DNA of 64,000 bases, from NCBI GenBank assembly GCA_037308085.1, contig CP147779.1, positions 1,504,001 to 1,568,000 of the forward strand, read 5' to 3'. Of the stretch, positions 40,952 through 50,257 are shown piece by piece (positions within the stretch are counted from its first letter, which is position 1; every line of letters starts with the position of its first letter). The DNA is from Promethearchaeati archaeon SRVP18_Atabeyarchaeia-1. Lineage in GTDB: Archaea > Asgardarchaeota > Atabeyarchaeia > Atabeyarchaeales > Atabeyarchaeaceae. The position numbers and the translations under genes are program-made. The notes beneath the pieces are model-generated. The model saw only the letters and a list, made by a program, of their open reading frames with translations, was not told where the DNA came from and ran no database searches.

Positions 40952-41806
40952 TCTACCACCTATTCTCTTTTGTGTGCATGTTCTTGAGTTTCGCCTCGCT
41001 ACCTTTCAAACGTATGTATCCCTAGGTTGTTGCCGGCTGAGTCACCCGAGCAAACCAGTTCTGTGGAGTAAAGCATTTTAGACGGCATGCTCACTAATAA
41101 AGTGAGTCAAGCCCTAGCTTAATAATGAAATGCTCAGAATCAGTCGTTGCCTCTCTCAGACAGATGCGGGCTTACGCTGAACCGAGCCTTGTATGAGAGT
41201 ATGTTGTGGGCAGTTGATTTGAGCGTCTTTGACAATGGATTATGTTGGACCCTCTACGAGCTGATGTAAGAAAAGAATCCTGTCAAAAAGGAACCAACTT
41301 GGGACACCCGCGCCGTAGACGCAATCGCGATCGGATGCACTGACATCGGATGCAACAGTTTCTATCCACCGGAGTTCTGGGTTTGGAGATGCTACGAATA
41401 TTCTCGACGACAGCGCCAACAAACTCAACATGTGCTTTACAGGCAACGCTCAGAGGAATTCTGCTTTCACGGTCACATGCACTTAGACTATTTGACAGAT
41501 GAATACAGGATTGGGACAAACCCTCCAAGGTTCTTCAAATGGGCAAGACGTATACTGGTCGGTCTCTGGGTTGTCTACCTCGCGGTACGTTTGATCCTAA
41601 ATGTCATGGCGACGGTATTCCGTCTCTCAATAGTGGTATAGCTAAGAATGGAGCGATCGACATGTTCTCGAATTTTTCTTAGATATGCCACCATTCTTGA
41701 GACGGCCGGTGACCGTGGTTCTTTCTCCTTCACTACTAGTGTTGGTCATCCTATACGGTGTATCTGTGTCTGATCATTTCATTTCCATGCGTCAATCCAC
41801 TCGTTC

Positions 41807-42030
41807 TCAATTCGAGGTGACGCCCAGCAGTTTCCACACTAGCGGTGCGATTGTGTTTTTGAAGAAGCTGAATCCTGCAACCCAGTTCAGGCACACGGCG
41901 AAGAGGAAGCCGTATACAACTATCGTAGCGATACGCCCGGTGAGAAATTGAAGGATAGAGCCTTCTTTGTTGCTATGAGGAGTTCGGCGAACATGATGAT
42001 GGCGCCTAAGCCGAAGAAAATATCCAGCAC
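41807..42030 (-). pseudogene. frameshifted small membrane protein
   Basis: LDIFFGLGAIIMFAELLIATKK and IATIVVYGFLFAVCLNWVAG lie in different frames. Confidence 0.35.
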
Positions 42031-42043
42031 TGGCTTCAGCGCG

Positions 42044-42154
42044 CGCTACCATTTGGCAGTTTTAGATTTTGCCGCGAAGATATGCACCGCCAAGAATCCA
42101 AGGCACGAGGAGTGCCCTGTTCGAGCTTCTTGCGACTTCTATAAGATCCTTTAA
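42044..42154 (+). pseudogene. C-terminal remnant of an HhH-GPD mismatch glycosylase
   Basis: YHLAVLDFAAKICTAKNPRHEECPVRASC aligns with FNLALLDFAAAVCKPKNPKCRECP of 47999-48706. Confidence 0.8.
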
Positions 42155-42297
42155 CCAGTTTTCAACATTCCGTATTCTCGTATATGGTAGTACTATCTCC
42201 CAAAATATAGGGTTTTAGAGAAAGTTTTATAAATACCAATGTATGTTATTGTATGGAAGCAAATAAATCAAAATACATTCAATATGGCGATGTATGA

Positions 42298-43338
42298 TTG
42301 AGATACATCATAGACATTCCTAGATGGCTGGACGTGAAGATCAAAGCAATATTGGCAGATGAGGGATCAGATTATTCCAGCATCGGGGAATTCATCGTAG
42401 TCGCATGCGAGAACCAAATCAGGATTGAAGCCGAGGACACTGAAGTCGGCTCAATCGAGCCCGTGGCTACGGAGAAGAATGTTCCCAGGAAAGAAAAGCT
42501 AGAACACTTGTTGAGTTCTGATATCTCAGCAGTCTCCACGGTGAATAGTCCAAGTCCAGACAAGGTCGACGCTATTCTGCTATGGGGGCAAGTTAACAGG
42601 ATCTTTCCAATCAAACTGGGCACACGTGTTTTAGCCAACTCTCTCAAAGATATGGGCGCTGGATTAATGAATCTGGAGGATTTTAGAAACAAAGCTACGA
42701 GAATTGCCAGGGAATTCGGTCTGAAATTAAGAATTCTCGACAAGAGGAAAATGCGCAAACCCGGCGAGAAGTTATCAACAGGTCTGCCTGCAGGTAGCAA
42801 GGCAGAGCTTTCAATGAACCGCTACAAGGCGCACTACTTAGCGTACCAGACTGGAAAGGGAACTCTCTCGGGAGCACTTGCTGACCTGCGCCTCGCAAAC
42901 ATCGAAGGCGACAACATTGGCATAACTGAAAAAGGACTAGAGTTTGCAAAGTTAAGCAACCCTCTCCTAGATTCCAAAGAAGCCAATTTGACCATGCCCC
43001 TATCAGGGGGGGAGATCAAATGCTTTCTTTCTCTAGTCAGTGAATTCCTTCCAGACGAACATGCGTTCATGAACACTGTGCTCGGAATGATTGAGTCCGG
43101 AGAGCCTCCAAGGGAAGTGTTCAATTCAAGGGTCAAGGGATTTCTCGAGAAAGTTTGGAAGAGAGAGATAACAAACGCGGTGGCAAATACAATGAGATCG
43201 GGAGTATTGAGTAGGATGTGGGAGCTTAAGCTTGTTGAATGTAGACATGTTGGAAAGACCGTTGTATACTCGGCAGTCAGAGGAAGCGGAGGGGAACTCG
43301 GTGGCGCGAAGGAAGAGGTTTCCAGCAATAAGATTTGA
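42298..43338 (+). CDS. RHH/CopG-type N-terminal DNA-binding protein with predicted winged-helix C-terminus
   Basis: RYIIDIP..YSSIGEFIVVAC RHH pattern; TATA TTTTATAAA at ~42226. Confidence 0.6.
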   Translation: MRYIIDIPRWLDVKIKAILADEGSDYSSIGEFIVVACENQIRIEAEDTEVGSIEPVATEKNVPRKEKLEHLLSSDISAVSTVNSPSPDKVDAILLWGQVNRIFPIKLGTRVLANSLKDMGAGLMNLEDFRNKATRIAREFGLKLRILDKRKMRKPGEKLSTGLPAGSKAELSMNRYKAHYLAYQTGKGTLSGALADLRLANIEGDNIGITEKGLEFAKLSNPLLDSKEANLTMPLSGGEIKCFLSLVSEFLPDEHAFMNTVLGMIESGEPPREVFNSRVKGFLEKVWKREITNAVANTMRSGVLSRMWELKLVECRHVGKTVVYSAVRGSGGELGGAKEEVSSNKI

Positions 43339-43350
43339 GGTGAGTGTAAG

Positions 43351-45729
43351 ATGAGCGAATCCGGCGTGATGAAGTCTCCTCCGGTAAATTGGTCCAGCTT
43401 CCTAGAACAGGTTAGGCGGGACTACGAAACGCCGCCTGCAAAGGGTGTGGCTCACGGCCTTCAAAAGGACGCGATCCAGAACGGCTGGGGAGCTCGAGTC
43501 ACAGAAAAAGGACATGGATGGTCACTTGCCTTCGTGCTAATTGCTTCCCCCGATGGAAGGCTCTTTCTAACCGCCACCGACGCAGGCACAACTGGATTGA
43601 CAGGCAAAGTCTATGACAATGCGAGAGACCAATTGCCCGATGCGTTTCCACCAACTGAAAGACTCGCTCGTTTTGAATGCATGTTTGACTCTGGCGGCAA
43701 TGTGGGACCAGGTCTTTTCGGACGCGGTAAGCTCATTTTCAACTGTTCCTCGAAAGAGAACCTAATATACTATGACAGTCTGACGAAAGATGGTAGCTAT
43801 CGGTTCGGTAAGCGGCACATTTTAGGCCGCGATTGCCTGCAGTATGAAAGAGTGTTCGAGAACTACGAGGCTCGCGAGAAACTGAAGGAGCTTACTGGTG
43901 GGATTATCCCAGCACTTGAGCAGCCCGGCACGCGTATTATTATTGTGAATCCTGTCCAAGATGTTCTCGAAGCTATTCACAGTGGAGTTTTCCTTCAGGC
44001 AATCGAAGAGACTTGGTGGGAAATCATTCTCAAGTACAACGCGGATATCTCTGTGACGGACGAACACCTTGGCATCTCTCGAGCGCAACTCCCAAAGGAG
44101 TTTGATGGTCTTCCTGAGAAAGACGCGAATGGCTGGCGAGTTTATTATAGGACAAACGAAATTGTCCAAGTAGGAGATCAGGAGCTTCGCATCAAGCACC
44201 TTCATTTTCTGCTCCCACCTGCTGGACACACTCTTCGCGAGGACCTGCTTGGTATTAGCGTTCACAGGCGAGGAATGAAAATCGGTCCGCTTCAGTTGAG
44301 CGGGATCCCTGATGAGATCAGTGATCGGTTTTTTGGATATGTCCAGCTAATGCCAAACTTCGAAGATCTTCTAGCAGAAGCTGAGAACACGGTTCACTAC
44401 GGTTTTGCCGGGCACAAGTACAAGCCGGTCTACCGTGGTCTCAAGAAAACGGTTCAAGACCACTTGGAGATCTTCATGCAACAACTCGGCTATCGGAAAC
44501 CCGGCGGTGACCCGGACTTGCAAGCGAAGCAATTGATGGAAGAAGCCCAAGCTGACCTTAACAGCATCCTTAATGGTATGGGCATTCCTAGTCTCGGAAC
44601 CGGAACCGAAAGGGAGTCGGGGATTTTCCTTTCAGTGGAGGGTTTGATTTTTCCACGCGAAACCAACTATCTCACGATCGGAGATGAAATCTCCGGGTTC
44701 TGGTACTTGATAAGGAATACATCAGATAGCCCACAATCCATTCGCTTTGAGGTCTTCACAAATGAAAGAGATGCTGGCAGAATTGAACCACTAATTGAAC
44801 AGAAACTAATAACAGTCGGAAGCAAAAAGGAGTTCAAGACTGATAAGCTGAAGATCGCTATTACTGAGCATAAGTATAGAAGGAACACAAAGGTGGGTTG
44901 CACAGCTCTCATTACTGACCGGAATGGAAAGACCGAAAGAAAGACCTTTTTTTTCTACATTGACTTGCAGCCTCCAGAAGAAGAGGAGAACCTTGCAACC
45001 ATCAAATTGAAGTCAGCTGAATGGCCCCGGAAGAACTCCCGAAGAGTTGACTATAACCAATCTGTCCGCAACCTGACTTATGAGGTTGAAAACAACACGG
45101 CGCTTAACATGCGGATGGAACAGAAGATTAAGACGCTGTGGACTGCCGAAAAAGAACCGATCGTGGATATCTTGAGAGAGAACGACGAACTAGGTCCATA
45201 TGAAGCAAGACTTCTCAGGGTGGACCAGATAACGATGTCTCGTGAGCAGTACCAGGATGTTCTCCGCGGGACGATTACTTTGCGGTGCCACGCCATTGCA
45301 CTTGAGACAACCAAACTTTGGGAGAAAGGACATCGTCTGGCAGAGCATAACATCAATTTCTATTTGAATATGGATCCTTCATATGGCTTCTTTGAAGAGC
45401 CTGAGTACTTTGATGGAGGGCCTAATAAGCCCCGCTCGGAGACGCAACCACTTGAAGGATCTCGGTCATGGCGTTTGCGTATTAACAGGACTCATCCGGC
45501 CTATCTTGTGGCTAGGACCAATGAGTTGCATCATAAGAACTATCTTTTTGAGGAAATGGCGCGGCAGACGGTTTGCGTCCTTATTCGTACGAATCAACGT
45601 GACCCAATTAGAAAGCTGGCTGAGCTACATGGCGAGGAAGTCGACCAGATGGAAGCCGAAGATGTTGTTCAGAATGTGGCATACTGCATAACGGACAGGA
45701 TCCTTGCTAAATACTACGAGGGGTATTGA
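43351..45729 (+). CDS. GHKL (HSP90/MutL/MORC-like) ATPase
   Basis: KDAIQNGWGA, TDAGTTGL, GPGLFGRGK and PGTRIII Bergerat motifs, followed by an S5-like region. Confidence 0.8.
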   Translation: MSESGVMKSPPVNWSSFLEQVRRDYETPPAKGVAHGLQKDAIQNGWGARVTEKGHGWSLAFVLIASPDGRLFLTATDAGTTGLTGKVYDNARDQLPDAFPPTERLARFECMFDSGGNVGPGLFGRGKLIFNCSSKENLIYYDSLTKDGSYRFGKRHILGRDCLQYERVFENYEAREKLKELTGGIIPALEQPGTRIIIVNPVQDVLEAIHSGVFLQAIEETWWEIILKYNADISVTDEHLGISRAQLPKEFDGLPEKDANGWRVYYRTNEIVQVGDQELRIKHLHFLLPPAGHTLREDLLGISVHRRGMKIGPLQLSGIPDEISDRFFGYVQLMPNFEDLLAEAENTVHYGFAGHKYKPVYRGLKKTVQDHLEIFMQQLGYRKPGGDPDLQAKQLMEEAQADLNSILNGMGIPSLGTGTERESGIFLSVEGLIFPRETNYLTIGDEISGFWYLIRNTSDSPQSIRFEVFTNERDAGRIEPLIEQKLITVGSKKEFKTDKLKIAITEHKYRRNTKVGCTALITDRNGKTERKTFFFYIDLQPPEEEENLATIKLKSAEWPRKNSRRVDYNQSVRNLTYEVENNTALNMRMEQKIKTLWTAEKEPIVDILRENDELGPYEARLLRVDQITMSREQYQDVLRGTITLRCHAIALETTKLWEKGHRLAEHNINFYLNMDPSYGFFEEPEYFDGGPNKPRSETQPLEGSRSWRLRINRTHPAYLVARTNELHHKNYLFEEMARQTVCVLIRTNQRDPIRKLAELHGEEVDQMEAEDVVQNVAYCITDRILAKYYEGY

Positions 45730-45730
45730 C

Positions 45731-46399
45731 ATGGATTTTGCAATAGTAACAGAGAAGTATCCGGGAGGAAATATCAAAACTCTGAGATCGACAGTAAATC
45801 CGATTACTCCTGAGCTCGAACAACGTGCGCTCAGGCTTGATTCCTATCTTGGTAGTAGGATTCCTGCAATTGAGAAAGAGCTTATTGATGCTGGGTTGTT
45901 GGACGAGAAGATCCCAAAAGAAGGAAGCTTCAAGAATCAAGGTAATATATCACTCTGGCATGCCCTCGGATTAAGACTGTCCGCGCTTTGTGACAAGGAA
46001 GGTGTGACTAGTGTTCGAGAGCGGCGCTGGCTCTGGGAGGCGATCGAGAAAATCTATGCGACTGAGCGAATCAAACGAATTGGACGGGGGCGTACCAGGC
46101 GCCACTTCGAGTACTGTTACCAGGTTTCCAGGTATCCGATTGAATTCGCAGACCAGTTGAATTGGGCAGAATGGGTCTATTTTTTTGACTCGCGCACTGT
46201 GAGAGAAGAAACGCGGGTGCACGTATGGCTTATGACCCGTGTGAAAAAAGGCGAGAAAATTGATCGATCCACTTTTCGCGTTTTCACGCAACATCTCAAT
46301 AGGCGGCTCCGCAAACTCGACACTTCGGTTCTCAACAACGAGGAACTATTCGCGATATATGATAGAATATGGCAAGGTGTCAAGACCCCTGGGGAATAA
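45731..46399 (+). CDS. DUF1016/YhcG N-terminal-like helical protein
   Basis: LWHALG..RRHFEYCYQVS..LNWAEW pattern; ATG immediately after the GHKL stop. Confidence 0.5.
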   Translation: MDFAIVTEKYPGGNIKTLRSTVNPITPELEQRALRLDSYLGSRIPAIEKELIDAGLLDEKIPKEGSFKNQGNISLWHALGLRLSALCDKEGVTSVRERRWLWEAIEKIYATERIKRIGRGRTRRHFEYCYQVSRYPIEFADQLNWAEWVYFFDSRTVREETRVHVWLMTRVKKGEKIDRSTFRVFTQHLNRRLRKLDTSVLNNEELFAIYDRIWQGVKTPGE

Positions 46400-46878
46400 A
46401 AGCGGGTCTCCTCGACTCTGGTGAACTCTTATTACGATATTTGAGGTCTTGCTTTAGAAGTCCAATTATCCTTGCTCCAAGGGACTTCGCGAAAAGAAGT
46501 GGTATGGCATTCGCGACTTGTTGGGTTGGGAACGCAGAGTACCTAAGAACAAGTAATCATCTGGAAACGACTGGATGCGTGCTGGTTCCCTCACTGAGAG
46601 CCCTCTATCTTGTTCTGGATGAATGAGCATGCTCTTGCGGAGGTTTGTGAGCGCAGCGCGCGCTAGCGCGGTGCTATTCAGCTGATGTCTTGAGGAGGCT
46701 ATTCGTCTTCATGTTGCTCAAAAATGCTTACCACGTTGCGGAGATGTTCAGGTATTTCGTCATACTTTGGGTAATATTGCCAGTTTATCACTTCTGATAC
46801 CTCCCGTACTGATGTCTGCCTCATTCCTGATAACTGTTCAGAAATGCCGAGAAGTCTCAAGACCTCCTAATTCTCTTG

Positions 46879-47709
46879 TCATTTCTTGAGGAAGTTGGTT
46901 TCGATGAGCGCATCAGTCTCTCTCAAAATCGGTATGAAGGTTTTCGCAACATTCGTTACCATGTAGAAGAAATCTTGTCCTTTATCTGTTAACTTCACTG
47001 ATGAAAGTGCACTTATGTAGCTTTGATATGCATCATGGCTCAATCCATTGTAACGGCAGGCGGTATTCTTCACCTCCTGTATGCCACTAACCAGACGGTG
47101 AATCAACCTAGCCTGAACTTTAGAGCTAACATTTCTTACAACCGCATTCCACATGCCAGATTCTGTAATGCCATTCAGTCGCGTGCTTCTTTCTTTCAGA
47201 AAATGATGATCGCCAACGACCGTGATGATCCCGAACCTAATAGTGCCTAACTGAACAGGACTAGAGATTATTAGTTCTGACTCGACCAGATAGTCCGTGG
47301 CCAATACGAGACTGCTGTGAAAGAGTATTTCCGCATCTTTGTCGCTCTCCGCACCGAGATAACTCGAAAGGTGCTCAGCGTCAATACAGTAAAGGTTCAA
47401 TTTGCCCAAATTCGCGTCTTGAACAGTCTCATCGTTTGACTCATGATAGAAACAGGGCAAGCCCAGCAGTGCGTGTCTTATGTGACAGACTTCGTGAAAC
47501 GCAATAGATCTTTTGGCCCACTCGGGGTACTTCCTCATTTGTGTGGTGTATTCAATTGTAAAACTATCATTTGTAGTTTCGCCTACCACCCACTTTGCTG
47601 GAGGTACGAGCTGTGCGTTCTCTTTTAACACTATGCGCTGTTCAATTCCGTAAAACTTTTTCGCGTCCTCCAACCGCGTCTGAAAGGGCGACAGATCCGT
47701 TTTAGACAT
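46879..47709 (-). CDS. HExxH zinc metallopeptidase-like protein
   Basis: IAFHEVCH with downstream DYLVE. Confidence 0.6.
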   Translation of the reverse strand: MSKTDLSPFQTRLEDAKKFYGIEQRIVLKENAQLVPPAKWVVGETTNDSFTIEYTTQMRKYPEWAKRSIAFHEVCHIRHALLGLPCFYHESNDETVQDANLGKLNLYCIDAEHLSSYLGAESDKDAEILFHSSLVLATDYLVESELIISSPVQLGTIRFGIITVVGDHHFLKERSTRLNGITESGMWNAVVRNVSSKVQARLIHRLVSGIQEVKNTACRYNGLSHDAYQSYISALSSVKLTDKGQDFFYMVTNVAKTFIPILRETDALIETNFLKK

Positions 47710-47738
47710 TCTATCATCCCCGGTACACTTTCTTGCTC

Positions 47739-48012
47739 TCACATCATTGTGATCTTTCCTCTGCCACCCACGTTAAGCTCTCCGAATATTGTGAATTCCG
47801 TTTTCAATTCTGACTCTATCGCCGACATTTACCATCTCAACCTGTCCTCTCCAGAGGCTCAGCTTAATTTCTTTGGTTTCGTCTCTCAGAATTACCTGAG
47901 CGTAAAGGGCCTGCCCAAACCGGGTCTGTATCGTCCTTTCCTCAGATTTTTCAATTATGGTGCCCTCCACGTTTATCTATTCCATCCTTTCGCCAATATC
48001 ACTTATTTTCAA
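47739..48012 (-). pseudogene. single OB-fold SSB/RPA pseudogene
   Basis: TTG-KISDIGERME*INVEGTI..LRDETKEIKLSLW..GDRVRIENG, then frameshift to GELNVGGRGKIT. Confidence 0.75.
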
Positions 48013-48706
48013 TCTTCATCGTCGTTCCAGCATAATAGTCGCATATCTCATTGTTGGGGCACTCCCTGCACTTTGGATTCTTCGGTTTGCATACAGCAGC
48101 GGCAAAATCCAAAAGGGCAAGATTGAAATCTCTGCCCTTTCCCGGCATAATGAGCCCTGAAACAAAATTCCAAAATTCTGGGTCTGTTCTCGCCCTCTTT
48201 TTCCGCGCCCTTGGTGAGAACACGCGCTGGACGACTCGAATTGCGTTGGTATCCACTAGCGGCACGTCCTCACCTGCTGAAAAACATAGTACTGCATTGG
48301 TAGCATACATGCCAACTCCCGGCAGTTTGAGAAGCTCTTCTTTCTTCAAGGGAATGGTTCCACCGTGGCCAGACACGATACTGTCTGCAAGCTTCTTTAG
48401 GAGCAGTGCCCTTTTGTGCTCTATTCCGAGTGGCTTTATTATTTCTACGATGTCCGAGGTAGACGCCCCTGCCAGAGACGCCACGTTGGGAAATGACTTG
48501 ATGAACTTGGGAAAGATCTCTCTGACCTGATTCCTTGAAGTCTTTCTGAGCAACATCTCAGCTATGAGAATCTCATAGGAATTTCTTGTTCCCCTCCAAG
48601 GGAATGATGATGTGTTCCGTACATGCCATAACAAAAGTGTCTCGGAGAATGCCCGGCTTTTTACCAGAACCGATGTTTCACTACCAGTCACCCGCTTACT
48701 CACCAC
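47999..48706 (-). CDS. Mig/MutY-type HhH-GPD mismatch DNA glycosylase with 4Fe-4S cluster
   Basis: FPWR..YEILIAEMLLRKT, LPGVGMY, VDTNAIRV, CKPKNPKCRECPNNEIC; adjacent to the C5 MTase, so probably T:G-specific. Confidence 0.88.
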   Translation of the reverse strand: MVSKRVTGSETSVLVKSRAFSETLLLWHVRNTSSFPWRGTRNSYEILIAEMLLRKTSRNQVREIFPKFIKSFPNVASLAGASTSDIVEIIKPLGIEHKRALLLKKLADSIVSGHGGTIPLKKEELLKLPGVGMYATNAVLCFSAGEDVPLVDTNAIRVVQRVFSPRARKKRARTDPEFWNFVSGLIMPGKGRDFNLALLDFAAAVCKPKNPKCRECPNNEICDYYAGTTMKIENK

Positions 48707-48844
48707 TGAGTTTCGAAATGATAGCCTTCAGACTTTCGAGATCTCGATTCCGATAGCTTCCTATTAGAATCCCCCCAACATCCTGTGCGAGCCTCTCGAT
48801 CTGAACCCGATCTAGATAAGCCGACTGGCGTCTACCTGAACTCA

Positions 48845-49954
48845 TCACAGAACGCCTCCTCCTCTACCATCCAACAACCTCCTGATCAAGTGCGCGACCG
48901 CCTCTGCCACGAGCGGAGGGACCGCGTTAGCAACTTGTTGATATTGATCATTCAGCGAACCCATGAACCTAAACCGGTCTGGAAAGCCCTGGAGCCTTGC
49001 AGCCTCTCTGACAGAAAGTATCCTATGTTGCCCAGGATGAAGAAGCATGGCTCTGCGCGCGTGGACTATGGTTGGAGAAGCCCGCCACCTGCACAGCCTG
49101 CGGTAGATGTTACTGTGAAGAGCCTCAAGATTGGAATATCTCCCTTTAATATCCTCAGGTAAGCGCTTCCATGACCTCCGAAGACTCTCTCCTTGCTTTA
49201 TCAAGCGTATCGTGTCGACGACTTCACTACTGTGCACGGTGGAACGATGGTTGTAGAGCTTGGTAGCTCCTTCTAGAAGTCTCTCCACATAGAGGGATCC
49301 ATTCTTCATTGGGTGGACTGCATCATCCTTACCTCCTCCGCCCTCGGGTAGCCGTGGCAAGCCGCAAATCGCCTCTCCGACATGAGTCGGCTCACGATGT
49401 CCCAATAGTGAAAAATCAAACTTAACCCCATTCTTAAAGCCCGCAACAAAAAGTCTTCTTCTTATTTGCGGCACCCCAAACGTCCGCGCGTCGAGATGAG
49501 AAAACGAAAGCGTGTAACCAACATTGCTGAGAGCATTGACAAACGTCTCCCAGGTATTCATGCGCTGAAACCTCACGACATTCTCAAAGAGAAAGCCCTC
49601 AGGCTTGGTCTCTTGAACTATCCTAACAAAATGTGACACCGAGGAAGCGCAGGGGTGTCGATCACCATTGTTCTTGTGCGTATTTGCAGGCGAATACGGC
49701 TGACAGGGAGGCCCACCAACCAGAAACAATCTGTCAAATCCTGCACTAGCCGAGATGTCGACAAGGTCGGCACCATGAACATTCTCTGCATCTCCAAGTA
49801 GACGTACTTCAGGGAAATTGAGCTTGTAAGTCTGAGCGGAAGGAACATCTCGCTCCACAGCAGCAACTATTCTGAATCCAGCTTCCCTGAAGCCTAAACT
49901 AAGCCCGCCGGGACCTGCGAACAGATCTGTGATTGCGACATCTTCGTAAGGCAT
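48845..49954 (-). CDS. DNA (cytosine-5) methyltransferase
   Basis: DLFAGPGG, GGPPCQPYS, FENV, PQIRRR, SVREAARLQGFPD, QVANAVPP. Confidence 0.95.
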   Translation of the reverse strand: MPYEDVAITDLFAGPGGLSLGFREAGFRIVAAVERDVPSAQTYKLNFPEVRLLGDAENVHGADLVDISASAGFDRLFLVGGPPCQPYSPANTHKNNGDRHPCASSVSHFVRIVQETKPEGFLFENVVRFQRMNTWETFVNALSNVGYTLSFSHLDARTFGVPQIRRRLFVAGFKNGVKFDFSLLGHREPTHVGEAICGLPRLPEGGGGKDDAVHPMKNGSLYVERLLEGATKLYNHRSTVHSSEVVDTIRLIKQGESLRRSWKRLPEDIKGRYSNLEALHSNIYRRLCRWRASPTIVHARRAMLLHPGQHRILSVREAARLQGFPDRFRFMGSLNDQYQQVANAVPPLVAEAVAHLIRRLLDGRGGGVL

Positions 49955-50257
49955 CACGCCGCCCCCCGCACACAAATTAAAGGGCATTCGCTGTGGTGAA
50001 GAGACCCGAACGTGAATTGAACCAATATCCACTAGTCAATGCCAAGCACTTGAAATGACTTCCCCCCGTAATGCATCGAATCCCTGACCACACTGAGCGA
50101 TAGTGGCACAAACGACCCGCCGAGAATTGATTATGGCGTTGCCTTGCCAAGTTTGTGCCAATCATGTCTGTACCACATTCATTTATGAGTAGCGGAGTAT
50201 AAAACTCTAGCTCTTTCTTCAGATGCAGGGACAATGTAAGACTGCTCTCCCAACATT

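Noticed and set aside
47739-48012. In-frame TAG in SSB as pyrrolysine recoding
   Set aside because: The same gene also has a frameshift and no pyl genes are visible, so simple decay is more likely.
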